Positions 28,537-43,761 of a DNA stretch of 64,000 bases are shown here, one piece after another. The stretch lies in NCBI RefSeq assembly GCF_009914755.1, contig NC_060937.1; one strand, written 5' to 3'. Source of the stretch: the human T2T-CHM13v2.0 reference genome, Homo sapiens. The position numbers and the translations under genes are program-made. Position 1 is the first letter of the stretch. Every line of letters starts with the position of its first letter. The notes beneath the pieces were generated by a model that saw only the letters and a program-made list of their open reading frames with translations, made no database searches and was not told where the DNA came from.

Positions 28537-29625
28537 TGTAATGAAAAACAAAGTGTCTTGCCAACCCAGAAGATCGTGCCACAAAAGTAGAAAGTAGAGA
28601 AGAAAAACAGTGTTTTTAATTGAATAAGCATGAAACCAGAATGTGATGTGCATCACAGGCTTTCGCCAAGAGATGGCAAAGATGGAAAGAAATCTCCCCC
28701 TTTCCTTCTAGGCGATACAACCTGCACATTCATGTTCTCAGTAGAAACAAGGTAGGAGGACTTGACAGCACCACTTGCCACACTTAGCTCATCTTCAGCT
28801 CACCTGGTAACTGGGTGGCCATCTGTGTTTGCTAATTGTAGTTATCCAAAGGAAAAAGAAAACTTCTCCTATCTTCATGACAGGAGAGAGGCTTGCAGCT
28901 GGGAGCCAGGCACCCACAAGTCAGCTCCTGCTCTCCCATGGAAACTGGGAGAGGGACTGCTCTCTTCCTTGATGCATTTCAAAGAGATGGCTTCTAGGTT
29001 CTTGGGAAAGACATTCCTGGGTTGTAATGCTGGCAAGAAGCTTATTTAGGTTTGATATAGTTTGGATGTCTGTCCCCACCAAATCTCATGTTGAAACATG
29101 GTCCCCCATGTTGGGGGTGGGGTTTAGTGGGAGGTATTTGGGTCTTAGGGGCAGAGCCCTCAGGAATGGCTTGGTGCTCTCCCCATGGTAATGAATGAGT
29201 TCTCACTCCGGTAGCTCACATGAAAGCCGGTTGTTTAAAAGAGCCTGGCATCTCTCTCTTGCCCTCGCTCTCACCAGGTAATGAGCCTGCTTCCCTTTTG
29301 CCTTCCGCCATGATCGGAAGCTCCCTGAGGCCTCTCCAGAGGCAGATGCTGGAGCCATGCTTCCTGTACAGCCTGGAGAACTGTGAGTCAAATAAGCCTC
29401 TTTATAAATTACCCAGCCTCAGGTATTCCTTTATAGCAACGCAAAATGACTAACACAGGTTTAAAAAATAGCTACACACTTCTGAAACAGACAGAGAGAG
29501 AATGTAAAATAACAAATTGTCTAAAGTAAATGCTTTAAGAAAAGGGAGAGGGGAATCTCTTACCCCTTTTTGTAGTAGGAAAAATTAATTTTTAAATAGT
29601 TTTTGTTTTGCATTTACCCTTATAC
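28537..29625 (-). mobile_element. ERV1 solo LTR (MER67-like), interrupted by MSTB
   Basis: CATTTCAAAGAGATGGCTTCTAGG...ACATTCCTGGGTTGTAA...CTGGCAAGAAGCTTATTTAG and CTAAAGTAAATGCTTTAAG match the recalled MER67 consensus. Confidence 0.6.
29053..29457 (+). mobile_element. MSTB LTR
   Basis: TGATATAGTTTGGATGTCTGTCCCC...GACTAACACA. Confidence 0.87.
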
Positions 29626-29929
29626 AAGAAAGGTAGTGTCACAGACAAACGCTTAGTGTCTCTAATATATAAAGATTTCCTGCCTGCCCTACCATTCTCA
29701 CCCATGCTCCTGCCTTGTGGGAATATATATTTGTATATTCTTGTGGAGGGCAATTTGACAAAATCTATAAACGTTGAAATTAATGTGACTTGTCATTTTC
29801 ACTTTCAGAAATTTATGTTACAGGCTTAATCACACAAATGGCAACAGATGTATGAACACAAGTATGTTCACTGAAACAACATTAAAACCTGTTTATTATG
29901 GAAAATGCTAACCTTATTCAAAAATAGAA

Positions 29930-30470
29930 AAAATAATAATGAATTTGTGAGTGTCTGTATCCCAACTTTAGCAATTATCAACTTGCAAGCAATCTCAGTT
30001 TGTCGATTTCCTCACTACTTTTAGTCCATCGTAATATTTTGAAACAAATCACAGACTTCACATCTTTTATCCATATACATTTTTGTATATATTTCAAAAA
30101 AGTAAGAACTCCTAAAAACAACAATACAATCATCAAACTTAAAGTAACAGTTATTCCTTAGTATCATCAAATATCTAATCAGATTCTGAATTTTCAATTG
30201 CATCATAAATGTAACTTGTTTTAACAGTTGTTTGTTTGTGTCAGGGTCCTAATCAATTCCAGATATTTTGAATGGTTCTTAGTCTTTCAATCCATAAATC
30301 TTTACTTTTTTTCAAGAAACTAAGTTATTTGCCCTATGGAGTTTCTCACACTTTGGATTTTGCTTGTTGCATCTTCACTTTCCATTTGATGTATTCTTTT
30401 GTCCCTGGGATTTTCTGTAAATTGATAGTTGGATTCAGATGCACGTTTTTGTTTTTTGACAAGGCTACAT
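29930..30470 (-). mobile_element. L1MC4/5 3' fragment
   Basis: TTCCTTAGTATCATCAAATATCTAATC L1MC4-type motif. Confidence 0.6.
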
Positions 30471-30488
30471 AAGAGTAGGCCATTCTTT

Positions 30489-30975
<487 letters not shown>

Positions 30976-31039
30976 CTAAAGAGCATGTATAGTAAGAACC
31001 ATTTGCTTTTCTTTGTTTTCTTATTTTGGATAAAAAAAC

Positions 31040-31440
31040 ATTAAAACAGCAGACGTGGGTTGTCTCCCAGCTCTAGAAGCCATGAGTCTGAAGTCAAGGC
31101 GTCGCGGGGCTGTGCTCCCTCTGAAGGCTCTAGGGAGGCCCCGTCCTCGCCTATTTTACCTTCTGTGGCTGTGGCCCCTCTTGGCGTTCCTTGGCTTTAA
31201 ATGCATCGCTCCGGTCTCTGCCTCTGCCGTCACTTGGCTTCCTCCCTTGTCTCTTCGTATAACCTTCGCTCTGTTCTGCCTGTCTCCGTGTTTCTTCTCG
31301 TAAGGGCACCAGTCATATTGGGTTGGGCACAGCCCTACTCCAGTATGACCTTATTTTTACTTAACTAATTTTATCTGCAATGACCTATTGCCAAATAAGG
31401 ACACATTCTGAGGTACCAAGAGTTAGAAGCTCACATGTGT
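31040..31440 (-). mobile_element. MLT1C LTR
   Basis: CTCCCTCTGAAGGCTCTAGGG...CCTACTCCAGTATGACC...CACATTCTGAGGTAC. Confidence 0.8.
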
Positions 31441-32554
31441 TTTATAAGCCCTAGGGCAACTACTAAAAAACTTTTTTTGAAGGTTTATAAATCATAAGTC
31501 AGCAGTGAACATACATCGAAACTATAACTCGTAACTTAGTTTCCTGGAAAAAATAAATTGTAAAATTGAAAGATGTATATATTGAAAGACTAAGAACCAT
31601 TCAGAATATCTGGACTTGATTAAGATCCCAATACCAACAAACAACACACTGTTAAAAGAAGTTATAACATTTATGATGCAACTGAAAATTCAAACACTGA
31701 TTAGATATTTGATGATTCTAAGGAACAATTGTTAACTTTGTTTGATGATCATATTTTTATTTTTAGGAGTTCTTACTTTTTTGTAATATACACTAAAATG
31801 TGTATGAATAAAAGATATCAATACAACTTAACCTACAATAAATATAATAAATATTATTGTGCTCCCTACCCTGAATATTAAAAAATGTTAATGATGAATC
31901 ATATTTACTTTAGTTTAAAAATAAAATACATAAAACATTACTGGTAATTATATAGTTGAAACCTCCTTGGTGACTTTTTCCAAGCTCAGTCTCCTCCTCT
32001 CCACAGAGGGATCACTGTGTATCTCTGTTCAGTCAATATTATTATAATTTTGCTGCATAAAAACAGACAGGCCCATATAGCCTTACACACAATATGTCTT
32101 CTTTTTGTGTTCACAAAAATTTACAACAAGCGTATCTTGTCTCTGCCAATAGCTTTTCTCCTCCTCAACATTACATTCTTATACTTAAAATGGGCCTTGA
32201 AAACAGCATATAGTTGTGGTTTGCTTCTTAGCCAAGCTGGCAGTCTCTGTCTTTTAATTGGTGCGCTTAGACCATGCATGTTGAATATCATTATTGATGT
32301 GTTTGAATTAAAATCTGCCATCTTGTTAGCTATTTTCTACTCACTCATTCCATCTGTCTTTGCTTCTTTTCCCTTTTTGTCTTAGTTAACACTTTTATAA
32401 TTTCAATATATCTCCACTGTTGACTTATTATTTATAAACCTTCAAGAAAATCTTTAGTGGTTGGTTGCCCTAGGGCTTACAATACACATCCCTAGTTACT
32501 CAGAGTGTGGCTTCATGTAATATTTCACAGCTTTCCATGCAGGTTCAGAAGGCT

Positions 32555-33315
<761 letters not shown>

Positions 33316-34245
33316 AGATATCATAGTCCTTCTGTCTCAAGAACTTCCTTTAACATTTCTTGTGGTATATATCACTGTCAATGAATTCTCTCAGTTTTTG
33401 TTTTTCTTCTGCATTTTGAAAGATATTTTTTGCTGGGTATAGAATTCTGGGTTTACAGTTTTCTTTCTTTTAGCACTTAAAAATATCACCCATTGTCTTC
33501 TGACTTACATGGCTGTTGATGAGAAGTCTGTTGCAGTTTTTGCTTGTTCTTCTGTATGTTAGATCTCTTTTTTTTCTCTCACTGCCTTTGCAAATTTCTC
33601 TTTGCCTTTTGTTTTCAGCAGTTTAGATAGCATATACCTAGTTATTGTTGTTTTAAATCTTTTTTGGTGATCTTTGAGCTTCTTGGAAATATGCTTTACT
33701 GTCAGTCAGTAATTTTAGAATATTCAGCATTATTTGTTTGAATTTTCTTCTGTCTCATTTTCTTTCTCTGTTTGCCCTCTGCTATTTCAATAATACATTT
33801 GTTAGACATTTTCCTACAGCTCTTAGATTGTCTGTTCCATTTTTTCTTTTACTCATTTTTCTTTTGTGTTTCAGTTTGGGTAATTCTACCTGTCTTTAAG
33901 CTCACTGATTCTTTCCCTGGCTGTGTCAGTTCTGCTACTGAGGTCCTCAAAGGCATTCTTCATCTCTATTATGACACTTTTTATATCTAGCATTTCCAAT
34001 TGGTCCTTTCTTATAGTGTCTACAACTTCACGTGTAGTGTAAGAATCTTATAATTCTTTGTTCCTAATTCCTCTCTCCCATCATTGGTGCTATTATATTT
34101 TATAAATAAGCACACAATACGCTACTACTACTTTTGGTTTAGATAATCAGCTATCTTTTGGAGGATTCAAAAACAAGAAAAAATGAATTTTATTTTATCT
34201 TCATTTATTCAATTTTCAGCACTCTTTATTTCTGCTAAAATTACC

Positions 34246-34646
34246 TGTCTTAGTCATCTCAGGGTGCCATAGCAAAAATCATAGACTAGATGACTTGAAC
34301 AACAGAAATTTATTTCTCACACTTTAGGAGGCTAGGAAGTCAAGGATTAAGATGCCAGCTTGTTCTGCTCCTGGTGAAGGCTCCGTTTCTGGCTGCCTGT
34401 GGCCATCTTCTCACTGCACTCTCACGTGGCCTTCCTTGGTGCATGCACATGGAGAGAGAGGAAGGAAATGAGGGAGGGATCTTGCTCTCCTCATACAAGG
34501 ACAGTAATCCCTCACAAGGGCCCCACTCTCATTACCTAATCTAACCCTAATTATCTCCCAAAGACTTCCCTCCAAATGTCGTCACATCGAAGGTTAGGGC
34601 TTCAACATATAAATTTGGGAGGAATGAAAACACCCAGCCTATAACA
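34246..34646 (-). mobile_element. MLT1A/B LTR
   Basis: TGTCTTAGTC...AACAACAGAAATTTATTTCTCAC...CAGCCTATAACA. Confidence 0.8.
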
Positions 34647-35031
34647 TTACCCCTCTGAACTTGCATTGTCTTCCTATTTCATCAGGGCCTTTAACATGTT
34701 AATCACAGTTATTTTAAATTCCCCATCATTTAGTTCCAACATCTGTGTCATATCTGAATTATTTGGTTTTGCTCACTGCTTTGTCTTTTAGGTGTGTATT
34801 GTTTTCTTGCATTTTTGTATTCCTCATAATTTTGTGCTGAATGCTAGACATCTTGAATGGGAGGTCAGAAACTAAGGAAAGTACTTTAAAGTTAGAAAAT
34901 GACAATGTCTTTACTTTGGCTAGGTGTTTAGGGTGGTGGTTTGGGTTAGTCTAGTCAGTAGTTCAGCTGGAGTTGAGGTTTGTCATTGCTATGGTTATCC
35001 ATGGTGTGCTGCATGCTTCAAATTGGTCTAG

Positions 35032-36732
35032 TGTTAGTGAGGGCAGCGGTGGCCCATTTGGAGTGGCTGCTGCAAAGATGCCACCTGAAGCAGAGGAGGC
35101 ATGGCCAGGGTTGCATGCTCTGTGAAGTTGGTGGGAGCTGGGAACAGGTGGGAGCCCTTCTCCCTCCCAAGTTGGCAGGGTGGGAGGCCTGCACTCCTGG
35201 GTGCAACTGCACCTGCCCAGCCATGGCTCCAGACCCAGGTATCCCTGAGCTCTTGAGGGCCCAGGAAGCCACCTTCCTTCACAGGCTCCAAAGTGCCTGC
35301 TCCTGCCACCTGGCCTCTCCCTGCTCCCAGTACCCACTCAGGGCTGAAGCATAGTTGTGGCCAAGCCTGGGTGCTATCACAACCTGGCTGGGTTTGCGCA
35401 CACTCAGAGCTGTGCTGTCATGCCAGGCCCCTGCTGTCTTAGCCTCCTCCGGGCTTTGGGTGCCAACAAGTATGGGAGGGAGGTCGAGGAGGTGCTGAGG
35501 GCACCTCAATATGGACCTGTGGGCATCCTTTCAGCACAAACAGCCTGAGCACGTGGACAACACGTTGATGGTGGCAGGAGGCAGACAGGCTCCTTGGCAG
35601 AAAGGGGTGGGTCCCTGGTGAAGCTCCACCTTCAAGCCAGGGATAGCCTGAAGCATGGGGGCTGGCTGTCAGTTAGGAGTGGAGTCCACAGCCCGGAGTG
35701 AGAACTTACAGTGCTTTCTCTGGCCCACCATGGCCACCCATAGACCAATCAGCATGCACTTCCTCCCTTCTGAAGCCCATAAAAACCCTGGACTCAGCCA
35801 GACTCAGAGACTTTGGGACTACCAGCTGTGGGACAGAGCTAACCACTTCAGGTCTCCTTGACTAGTCAGGACAACCAGCCTGTGGAAAGGAGCTACCCTC
35901 TGTGGGCCTCCTCTCTGCTGAGGGCTGCACACTCGTTGGGATGACTCACTTGCAGAAAGGAGCTATCCACTCTGGGTCTCCTCTCCACTGAGAGCTGGAC
36001 ACTCATCAAGATGAGCTGCCTGCAGATAGGAGCTACCCACTCCAGGTCTCCTAAGAGCTGTCCTGTTGCTCAATGAAGCTCCTCTCCCCCTTGTTCACCC
36101 TCCAGTTATCCTCATACCTCATTCTTCCTGAATGTAAGACAAGAACTCCGCACCAACCAAATGTCGGGACTGAATGGGCTGTAACACAAGCAGGGCTGAA
36201 ACATGCCCCCCGCTTGCCATGTTGCAGGCAATGAGAAGGTGAGAAGAGCTGTGGCCCTTCTGGGAGCCCAGCCCTCGGGGTTCCCTGACCTAGGTCTGTG
36301 ATATGCTGTAACACCCTCTTTGGGGCTCTGGGGTTCCTGGTGCCCCTGCTAATGTGCCATTGCATTCCCCTTGTCCAGATGCTGGTGCCTGCAATGGAAG
36401 CTGCCTGTGGTACGTCTGGTCCAGTTTCAGCCTCTCACAGAGCTGGCACCTGTGCCGGCACCTGGGGCTGCCTGTTCTGCCACAGCAGCCAGTATGCCTG
36501 GCTGTGTACAGTGGCTGGACCCTGCGCTTGCTCGCCCACATATCCCTCGCCACTCTGCATCTGGCTCACCCTTGGCAGGTGTGGAATCTGGGCTGGTAGC
36601 ATGAGCTGAGTGCAGACTGCCAGGCTGAGTGGGTGAAACAAGCCCAGCTGGTGTGAGCAAAACCCAAGCAGAGGTGCCGCTGGCCACAGAGGTTTCCAGC
36701 TGGCAAAGTGACACCCAAAAGATCTTGTGACA
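35032..36732 (+). mobile_element. MER52A-type ERV1 solo LTR (~1.7 kb)
   Basis: TG...CA termini (TGTTAGTGAGGGCAGCGGTGGCCC / GATCTTGTGACA); 4-bp TSD CTAG/TTAG; internal GGAGCTACCC repeats; CCAATCAGC and CATAAAA. Confidence 0.85.
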
Positions 36733-38005
36733 TTAGCTTGTCTTTAGGGTGGGGCTGGTTTTCCAGAGGGTTTTTCTCTGTGTCTGCTCTACCTTCAGCT
36801 GCGGGGCTTCTTGACCCTGGGTCTCAGTGAGAGTCTGTCTTTGCAGCTCTCTCGGAAGTGTCTCACTGTGACTTTGACTTGATGCCTGCTACCTCGTGAA
36901 AGGGAAAAAATGTGCTCCACAATGTTCTCATCATGCTCAGTGTTAGGCTGGACCGAATCCAGACCCTGCATCCCTGGGTTTCATGGGTATGGCTTTCAGA
37001 CATGCTTCTGCCCTTCTGCAGGTGTTGTCCTGGACCCAGAATGTACACATGTCCTCCCAAAGGTAGATTGTTTTGTTTCTCTTCCCTCCCTCTAACCCCA
37101 GGTGCAGTGGGTTTGACAAATGCTTTAAAATGTAATTATTTTGGTGCTCCCCTCCCCAGATTAAGGCTTTTGTTCCAAAGGAGACAGGAAAGGTCTGGGC
37201 GGAGTTTTGTGTTCCTCCTGCAGAGGCTGCTCCCCCGCTGCCCAGCAGTATTCCAGTGCTGCCTTTACTTAGCGCTTTTTAGCCTATGTTCGCTGGCCAA
37301 GAGCATGTGTTCACTGATGTTCTATATTATGCTTCAGTACAAGTTTTCTAGGCTTATGACATGAGGGAAGCTTGTTCAAGACTCCCCGTGTTCTCCCTGA
37401 GTGCCTGATTGGTCTGATGTAGGAAAAACTACAAAATGGTAGGAACAGCCTACATCTGTGGCCCCCAAGGGCTTGTGCTCTCCCACCAGCTTCTCCTCAT
37501 GGTGTCTGGCTGCATCTGCCCCAGGTAAGCAGGTGTCTGCCTTGGGCCCCTGTTTCTCCTCTAATTCCTAGTGAAGCCATGTCCTTTGACCTCAGTGTTC
37601 TTATGGGTTCAAGAAAAGTCATGAATTTTTAGCTTGCCTTTCTTCTTGTTATAAGGGTGAAAGCAATAAATATTCTTTCCAGCTTTTGACATCCACAAGT
37701 AGAAACTGAGATGGCATTCGGATTTTAAAATCTACTCGTGCTTTTGAGTAGAATCCGTAGATCAAGCAAGAAACCTGTTTATATTTTGAATAGATACTTG
37801 TAGACCTATTTTTAAAATGGCTGTATGGCATTCTATCTTATAATTATGTGATAGTTTATCCCCTTTTTCTATTGCAACTGTGCTTGCACACATTTCTTGT
37901 GTAAACTGTGAGTGTTGGTCAGAGTATATCTTAGTGGACAAACTGCTAGGTTTTATGAAAAATGCATTAAAAATGCATGACATTAAAAAAATCTCATGCA
38001 AGACA

Positions 38006-38116
38006 TTATATGTATATGTATAAGTGTATGTGTATGTGTATGTATATGTATATGTATATGTGTATGTGTATGTATATGTGTATATGTATGTGTATGTGTA
38101 TGTATATGTGTATGTG

Positions 38117-38169
<53 letters not shown>

Positions 38170-38180
38170 GTATGTATATA
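38006..38180. repeat. Compound (TGTATA/TGTGTA)n microsatellite at an Alu tail
   Basis: About 170 bp of almost pure T-R alternation directly abutting the tail side of a reverse Alu. Confidence 0.97.
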
Positions 38181-38518
<338 letters not shown>

Positions 38519-39035
38519 TGATTACTGGTGAGATTGGGCAAGTCTTTGGATTTTCATTGGCTATTCTGGTTTTTTTTCTTTCCACCAACCTGGATGCTTA
38601 AAAAAATTACTCTTTATACACAGAATGCCTGTAGAAAGGTATAACAAACATTAACATAGGGTGACCTTGGAGGAGGGAGGTGTGTCTTGGGGTCAGACAG
38701 GAAACTTTTTAATGTGTCACTTTCTGACTTAAAGAAAATCATGTGCATGTATGAACTATTTAGGTGGGTAAATTAATATTTATATATATATAACTGAGAC
38801 CAGTCAGTCCTAAGCACTGCCATTAGTTGTATGAATGGAGGTTCAGAGCCAGGGCCACCATAGCTGGGAGCCTGTGAGCAGGGAGCAGGAAATATGACCG
38901 CGGAGGGACAGAATCTATAGAGAGGCAAAGGGAGCAGTGGCCAGGGAGGAAGAACTAAGGGGCTAGTGTGGTCAGAGTAACCTCCTCGGTCCCTGGGATG
39001 GTTTTCCACATCCAGGTTCCCAGTAGGTCCAGCCT

Positions 39036-39170
39036 GCTTTCTTTTCTTTTCTTTTCTCTTTTTTTCTTTTCTTTCCTTTTCTTCTTTTCTTTTCTTTCTG
39101 TTCTTTTTTTTTTTTTTTTTTTACATTTTCTTCTTTCTTTTCTCTTCTTTTTATATCTTTTTATCTTCTG
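39036..39170. repeat. (CTTTT)n polypyrimidine low-complexity tract
   Basis: Seen directly. Confidence 0.9.
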
Positions 39171-39359
39171 AATAAATTCTACTCTCATTAGAGCCAGCTT
39201 CAGTTTCTGTTGCTCATGGCTGTAAGTACTGTGACTGGCACATTGCACCAGAGGCGGGGGTCATCTCACAGATAAGAGCAAGGTTCTGGCACCGCTGTGC
39301 CTGGGTTCAAACCCTGGCCCTGCCACTCGCTAGATGTGTCACTATCATTTTGGTGCTTC

Positions 39360-39680
39360 GCTGATGAATAGTATTTTGTTATATTTTTCCATTCTCCTGC
39401 TGATGGGCTTTTGGCAATTCCCAGCATTTGGCTATCACAAATGAAGCTGCTGTGAACGTTCTAGTCCATGTTCTTTGGTGAACATGTGACATTTTTGTTA
39501 GCCAGAAATGTAGGAACTGGTTTGCTTGTCATAGATAGGCATTTGTTCAGCTTTATAGATACTGCCACACAGTTTCTCGAAGTCCTTTTGCCAATCTGCA
39601 CTCCCCCAGCAGCGTGTGCCAGCTCCAGCTGATTCACTTCCTCACCAGCACTTGGCACTGTCAGTCTTTTTCATGTTAGT
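39360..39680 (-). mobile_element. L1ME fragment
   Basis: GCTGCTGTGAACGTTCTAGTCCATG...CTCACCAGCACTTGG. Confidence 0.65.
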
Positions 39681-40219
39681 TTAGGGTTTATTGCATTGTT
39701 AGAGCTGTTGGGGTAGGGAAGCTTACAACAACGAGAATCATTGAAGAAACGTGAGTGATGCTCACCTTGACCTTGCTCAGGGTAATCGGCTTAGGAAATT
39801 GGCTTTGAGTATTTCTTGTCCTCCAGGCAGGAGAGAGGCTCTGCCAGCAGGGAGCAAGTTCCCGTGAAAACTGCATTTGTAATGCAAATGAATAAACTGG
39901 CATCACAGTTTCATACACCTGCCTCATGAACTTAGTTAACATGTGCTCGTCCTGAGAGATTAGCTGGCTCCTAGTGGGTTGCTGTGATCAGGTGTTTAAA
40001 CTCATGCTGGTGAAAGCCACACATGGTGAGGAAGAACGCCTTTTTACACCACAGAACCCAGTCTACCCACTGCAGACTTACTTTACTCCTTATCTGGGAT
40101 TTCTTTGTAGGGTATTATTCCTGCCTTATAGAAAAGGAAATACATATATTTAGGGAAGTCAACGGTAGAAAAAAAAATTGCTATCTTTTAATAAAAATAC
40201 TGAATATATTAAACATATC

Positions 40220-40400
40220 CTATTGATGATCTTAATAATCTCAACAATCCAATGAAACAGTTATTCTAATTTTTTTTTAACAAATTAAAAAAAAAATCCC
40301 TGGAGCTCAGAGAGGTTACATAAGTTGCCAATGGTCTCACAGCTGGAAAGTGGCAGAGGCTGGATCCCAGCCCACCTGCACTTGCCTCCCAAGCCTGTTC
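40220..40400 (-). mobile_element. MIR SINE
   Basis: GCTCAGAGAGGTTACATAAGTTGCCAATGGTCTCACAGCTGGAAAGTGGCAGAG core. Confidence 0.7.
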
Positions 40401-42282
40401 TCTTCACTTGCCAGCCTCCCAAACTCACTTTCCTTTCTGCTCTTCCAAGCCCTATGGCCTCTTGCCATGGCGGGGATTCAGAGACTGGCTTGGGGGTCAC
40501 ACTAGAGCTTCTGCCAAGTCCTCTTCTAAGGACTAGGGAACCTCTCGGATAAGAGTGAGGTGGGTGCTGAGATGGAAAAACATTTGAAAGTGAGTCCAGG
40601 GTGGTTGCAAAACTGAAGGGGCCCAAAGTGGATTCGATGGACCCAGAGCCACACTAGGAGCGTTGAGGCTGGGACTTGGGTGGGGACGTCAGAGCCAGCC
40701 TAGGAGATTGGAGAAAGATGCAGCGCTGGGCCGTGTCTTGAGATCAGATTGCACTGGAACAAATACTAGTACGTTTCACGGTGGAGGGAAGAAAAGCATT
40801 TGTATGGATGTGGCCCAGCATAGAACAGAGGCTTAAAATGGAAGAGAGAAGAATCTGCGAACGGGCAGTCCTGCTGCAAATCCTCAGATAATGCTTGGGC
40901 ATTCCCTTGTGGCCATCGGGATCCCATAGCCTCAGGTTCACCTTTGTCCTGAGATAAACAAAACCCTTGTTGGATAGTGTTTGTCGATTTCAAGCTGCCA
41001 AACGGCTGGCACTGAACTTGGAGTAGGGAGGCGGGGCTAACAGCTCTGGCCATCCTGGGAACTGTGGTTGGCGTGCCCTGGCGGAGTCTGGGTTCTCAGG
41101 CCTGTGGGTATCACCAAGTCCACCTCTCACTTCCCTGGGAACACTCTGCACCCACCAAAGTGCAGTGGACAAGTCAGCCCTGGCACGGGGAGAAGGCGGG
41201 AAGGAGGAAGCAAGTGCAGGAGCTGGTGGGGCAGAGTAAAGAGCCACAGACCTGGGTAAAGTCAGAATCCATCACGCACTAGCTGCACGGCCTGGCAACG
41301 AGAAATAACCAGTGTCCACCTGGGGGGCTGCTATAAAGATTAGAGCCCTCGGTGCGGTTTCCGGTGCATAGAGACACTCAGTAAGTGACAGCTGGTGGCA
41401 TTTTTCTAGGCAGCTCTGGCAGGGGTCACCTGGAGGTCTATTGGGCAGTTTCCCTAGCCTCACAAGTCCCCTACACCACAGGCTGCCTGGAAGGTCCATA
41501 GAGAGGCCAGATGCAAAACGTTGCGTAGGAAGAATGGATTCTTCTGGGAATCGCAATTGCGTTGCCTCAATCCCTGGGTGGATGGGTCATGGGCTGGGGA
41601 GATGCATGAGAGGAAACTCTTGGCCCTGGGCATGTCCTGGGTCTGGACCTGAGGCACACATGGGAAGGTCACAGAGCTGTGCGCTTAAGATTCGCGCACT
41701 TCCTCTACTGTGTGGTATGTGTGCTGGCCCTCCGTTTAGAAAAACTAACTTAGCGCACTTTTCTCTCCCTGTTGGATGGACAAAGACCTCTTTCAGCTTG
41801 GGCACCGAGGAAGGGAAGCGTAGCGTCAGAACAGAGAGTGGATCACACTGTCGGGCTCAGCACGAAAGACTGACAGTCTGGGCACAGCACCCGGTCCTCC
41901 CTCCCAGCGCTGACTGCAATCCCGGCCAGGGCTGAGGAAACCGCAGGACCATGCGTGGATGGAAGGGTAGAAGCCTTCCTGTTTCCTGGCAGGTCAGGAG
42001 AAAGGGCAAGTTAGGAAAAAGGGCTGAGCTTCCAGTGTATGAGGCGCCACACTGGGTTTTCCAGTAAAAGGAAACCTAGTTGCTCAGCTCAGACTTTGAA
42101 AAATATTATTTGGTCCCTGAGTAGAAACAGATGTTGTTTCCTGTTACAGAAATGAGCTGTAGCTCTTCCACACACACACACTGGCAGCCCACGCATTTCG
42201 TTCTCCCTCCAGGATCCGATCCATGAGGCAAAAGCAAATGGAAAGAATTCCAACTTCATCTTCTCTGTCATTCGTCTTGTGA

Positions 42283-42747
<465 letters not shown>

Positions 42748-43545
42748 CATGGAAGGACTTTCTTTGTCATTAGGTGTGAGGGGGTCAGGGCTGCTGGCTG
42801 ATTGATTGACTGATTGTATCTCAGCTCCCACCCATCTAATTTGTCCAGTGTTGGAAAGTGGCATTTGCTTCTTTGCCCAGGCTAACAAGAGTTGCTGCTG
42901 GAAATACAGATGTGCAGATGCCAAGGCGATGCTTTCAGGCACCCGGGCGGCTCCCTGTGCAGTGGGCAGTGTCTGTCTGCAGTGCTTTGCTCACTCCTCG
43001 CCTCTCGGTCCCCTGCAATGGCAGCCCTCCTCCCACCTGCCAGGATGCCCCTCCCCTCTCCTTCAAGGTGTTCACGCACTCTCTCTCTCTCCCATTTTGT
43101 GGACATAGTTACACCTTCTAAAGGATTTTCACCCAGAATTGTATTTCTTTGACATTCTTATAAGCTGCCCCAGAAGACAACACAGGGCAAATAATAATGC
43201 TCTATCTGTTTTGACAGTTTGAGCTATTATTTGCCTTGATTTATGGGGAATTAGACCTGAGGTAATGGTTTTCTCAGATGTTGCTAAGCACAGCAGAGGG
43301 TGACAAGAGCATCCTAGGGTCTGTCTGGGTTCTCCAGCAGCTGGGAGAAGCAAAGTCGTGAAAAACCCTGCCCAGGGAGGCTGACAGGAGTGCCTCCGCC
43401 ATGGCAGACTCCCCAGCCCGGGGCTTTTGGGTATAGCCTGTGCACTAGCGCTTGGCAGTCACTAGCTCACCCCAGTGTTCGACTGAGGGGATGCTACTCT
43501 GAAGTCACCAGCTACAGAGGGCAATGCACGGGACAAGCTTTGGAG

Positions 43546-43761
43546 CTTCAGTTTCCAGCAGGATCTTCTGCAGCGATGGAGAGGTTCTGCATCTGCTCTG
43601 TGCAACATGGTGGTCCTCAGGTTGGGACTGTGCTGTTGGGCACTCAAGATGTGGCCTGTGCAGATGCAGAACTGAATGCTAATTGTATTTATTTTCAATT
43701 AACTTACAGTCACATTTAAATAGCCACATGTGTCTGATGGCTACTTTATTGGACAGTACAG
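43546..43761. mobile_element. MER3 (hAT-Charlie MITE)
   Basis: TTTAAATAGCCACATGTG...GGCTAC...TTGGACAGTACAG; perfect 8-bp TSD CTTTGGAG at 43538 and 43762. Confidence 0.85.

Noticed and set aside
34963-36714. Cluster of overlapping ORFs
   Set aside because: Inside the GC-rich MER52 LTR
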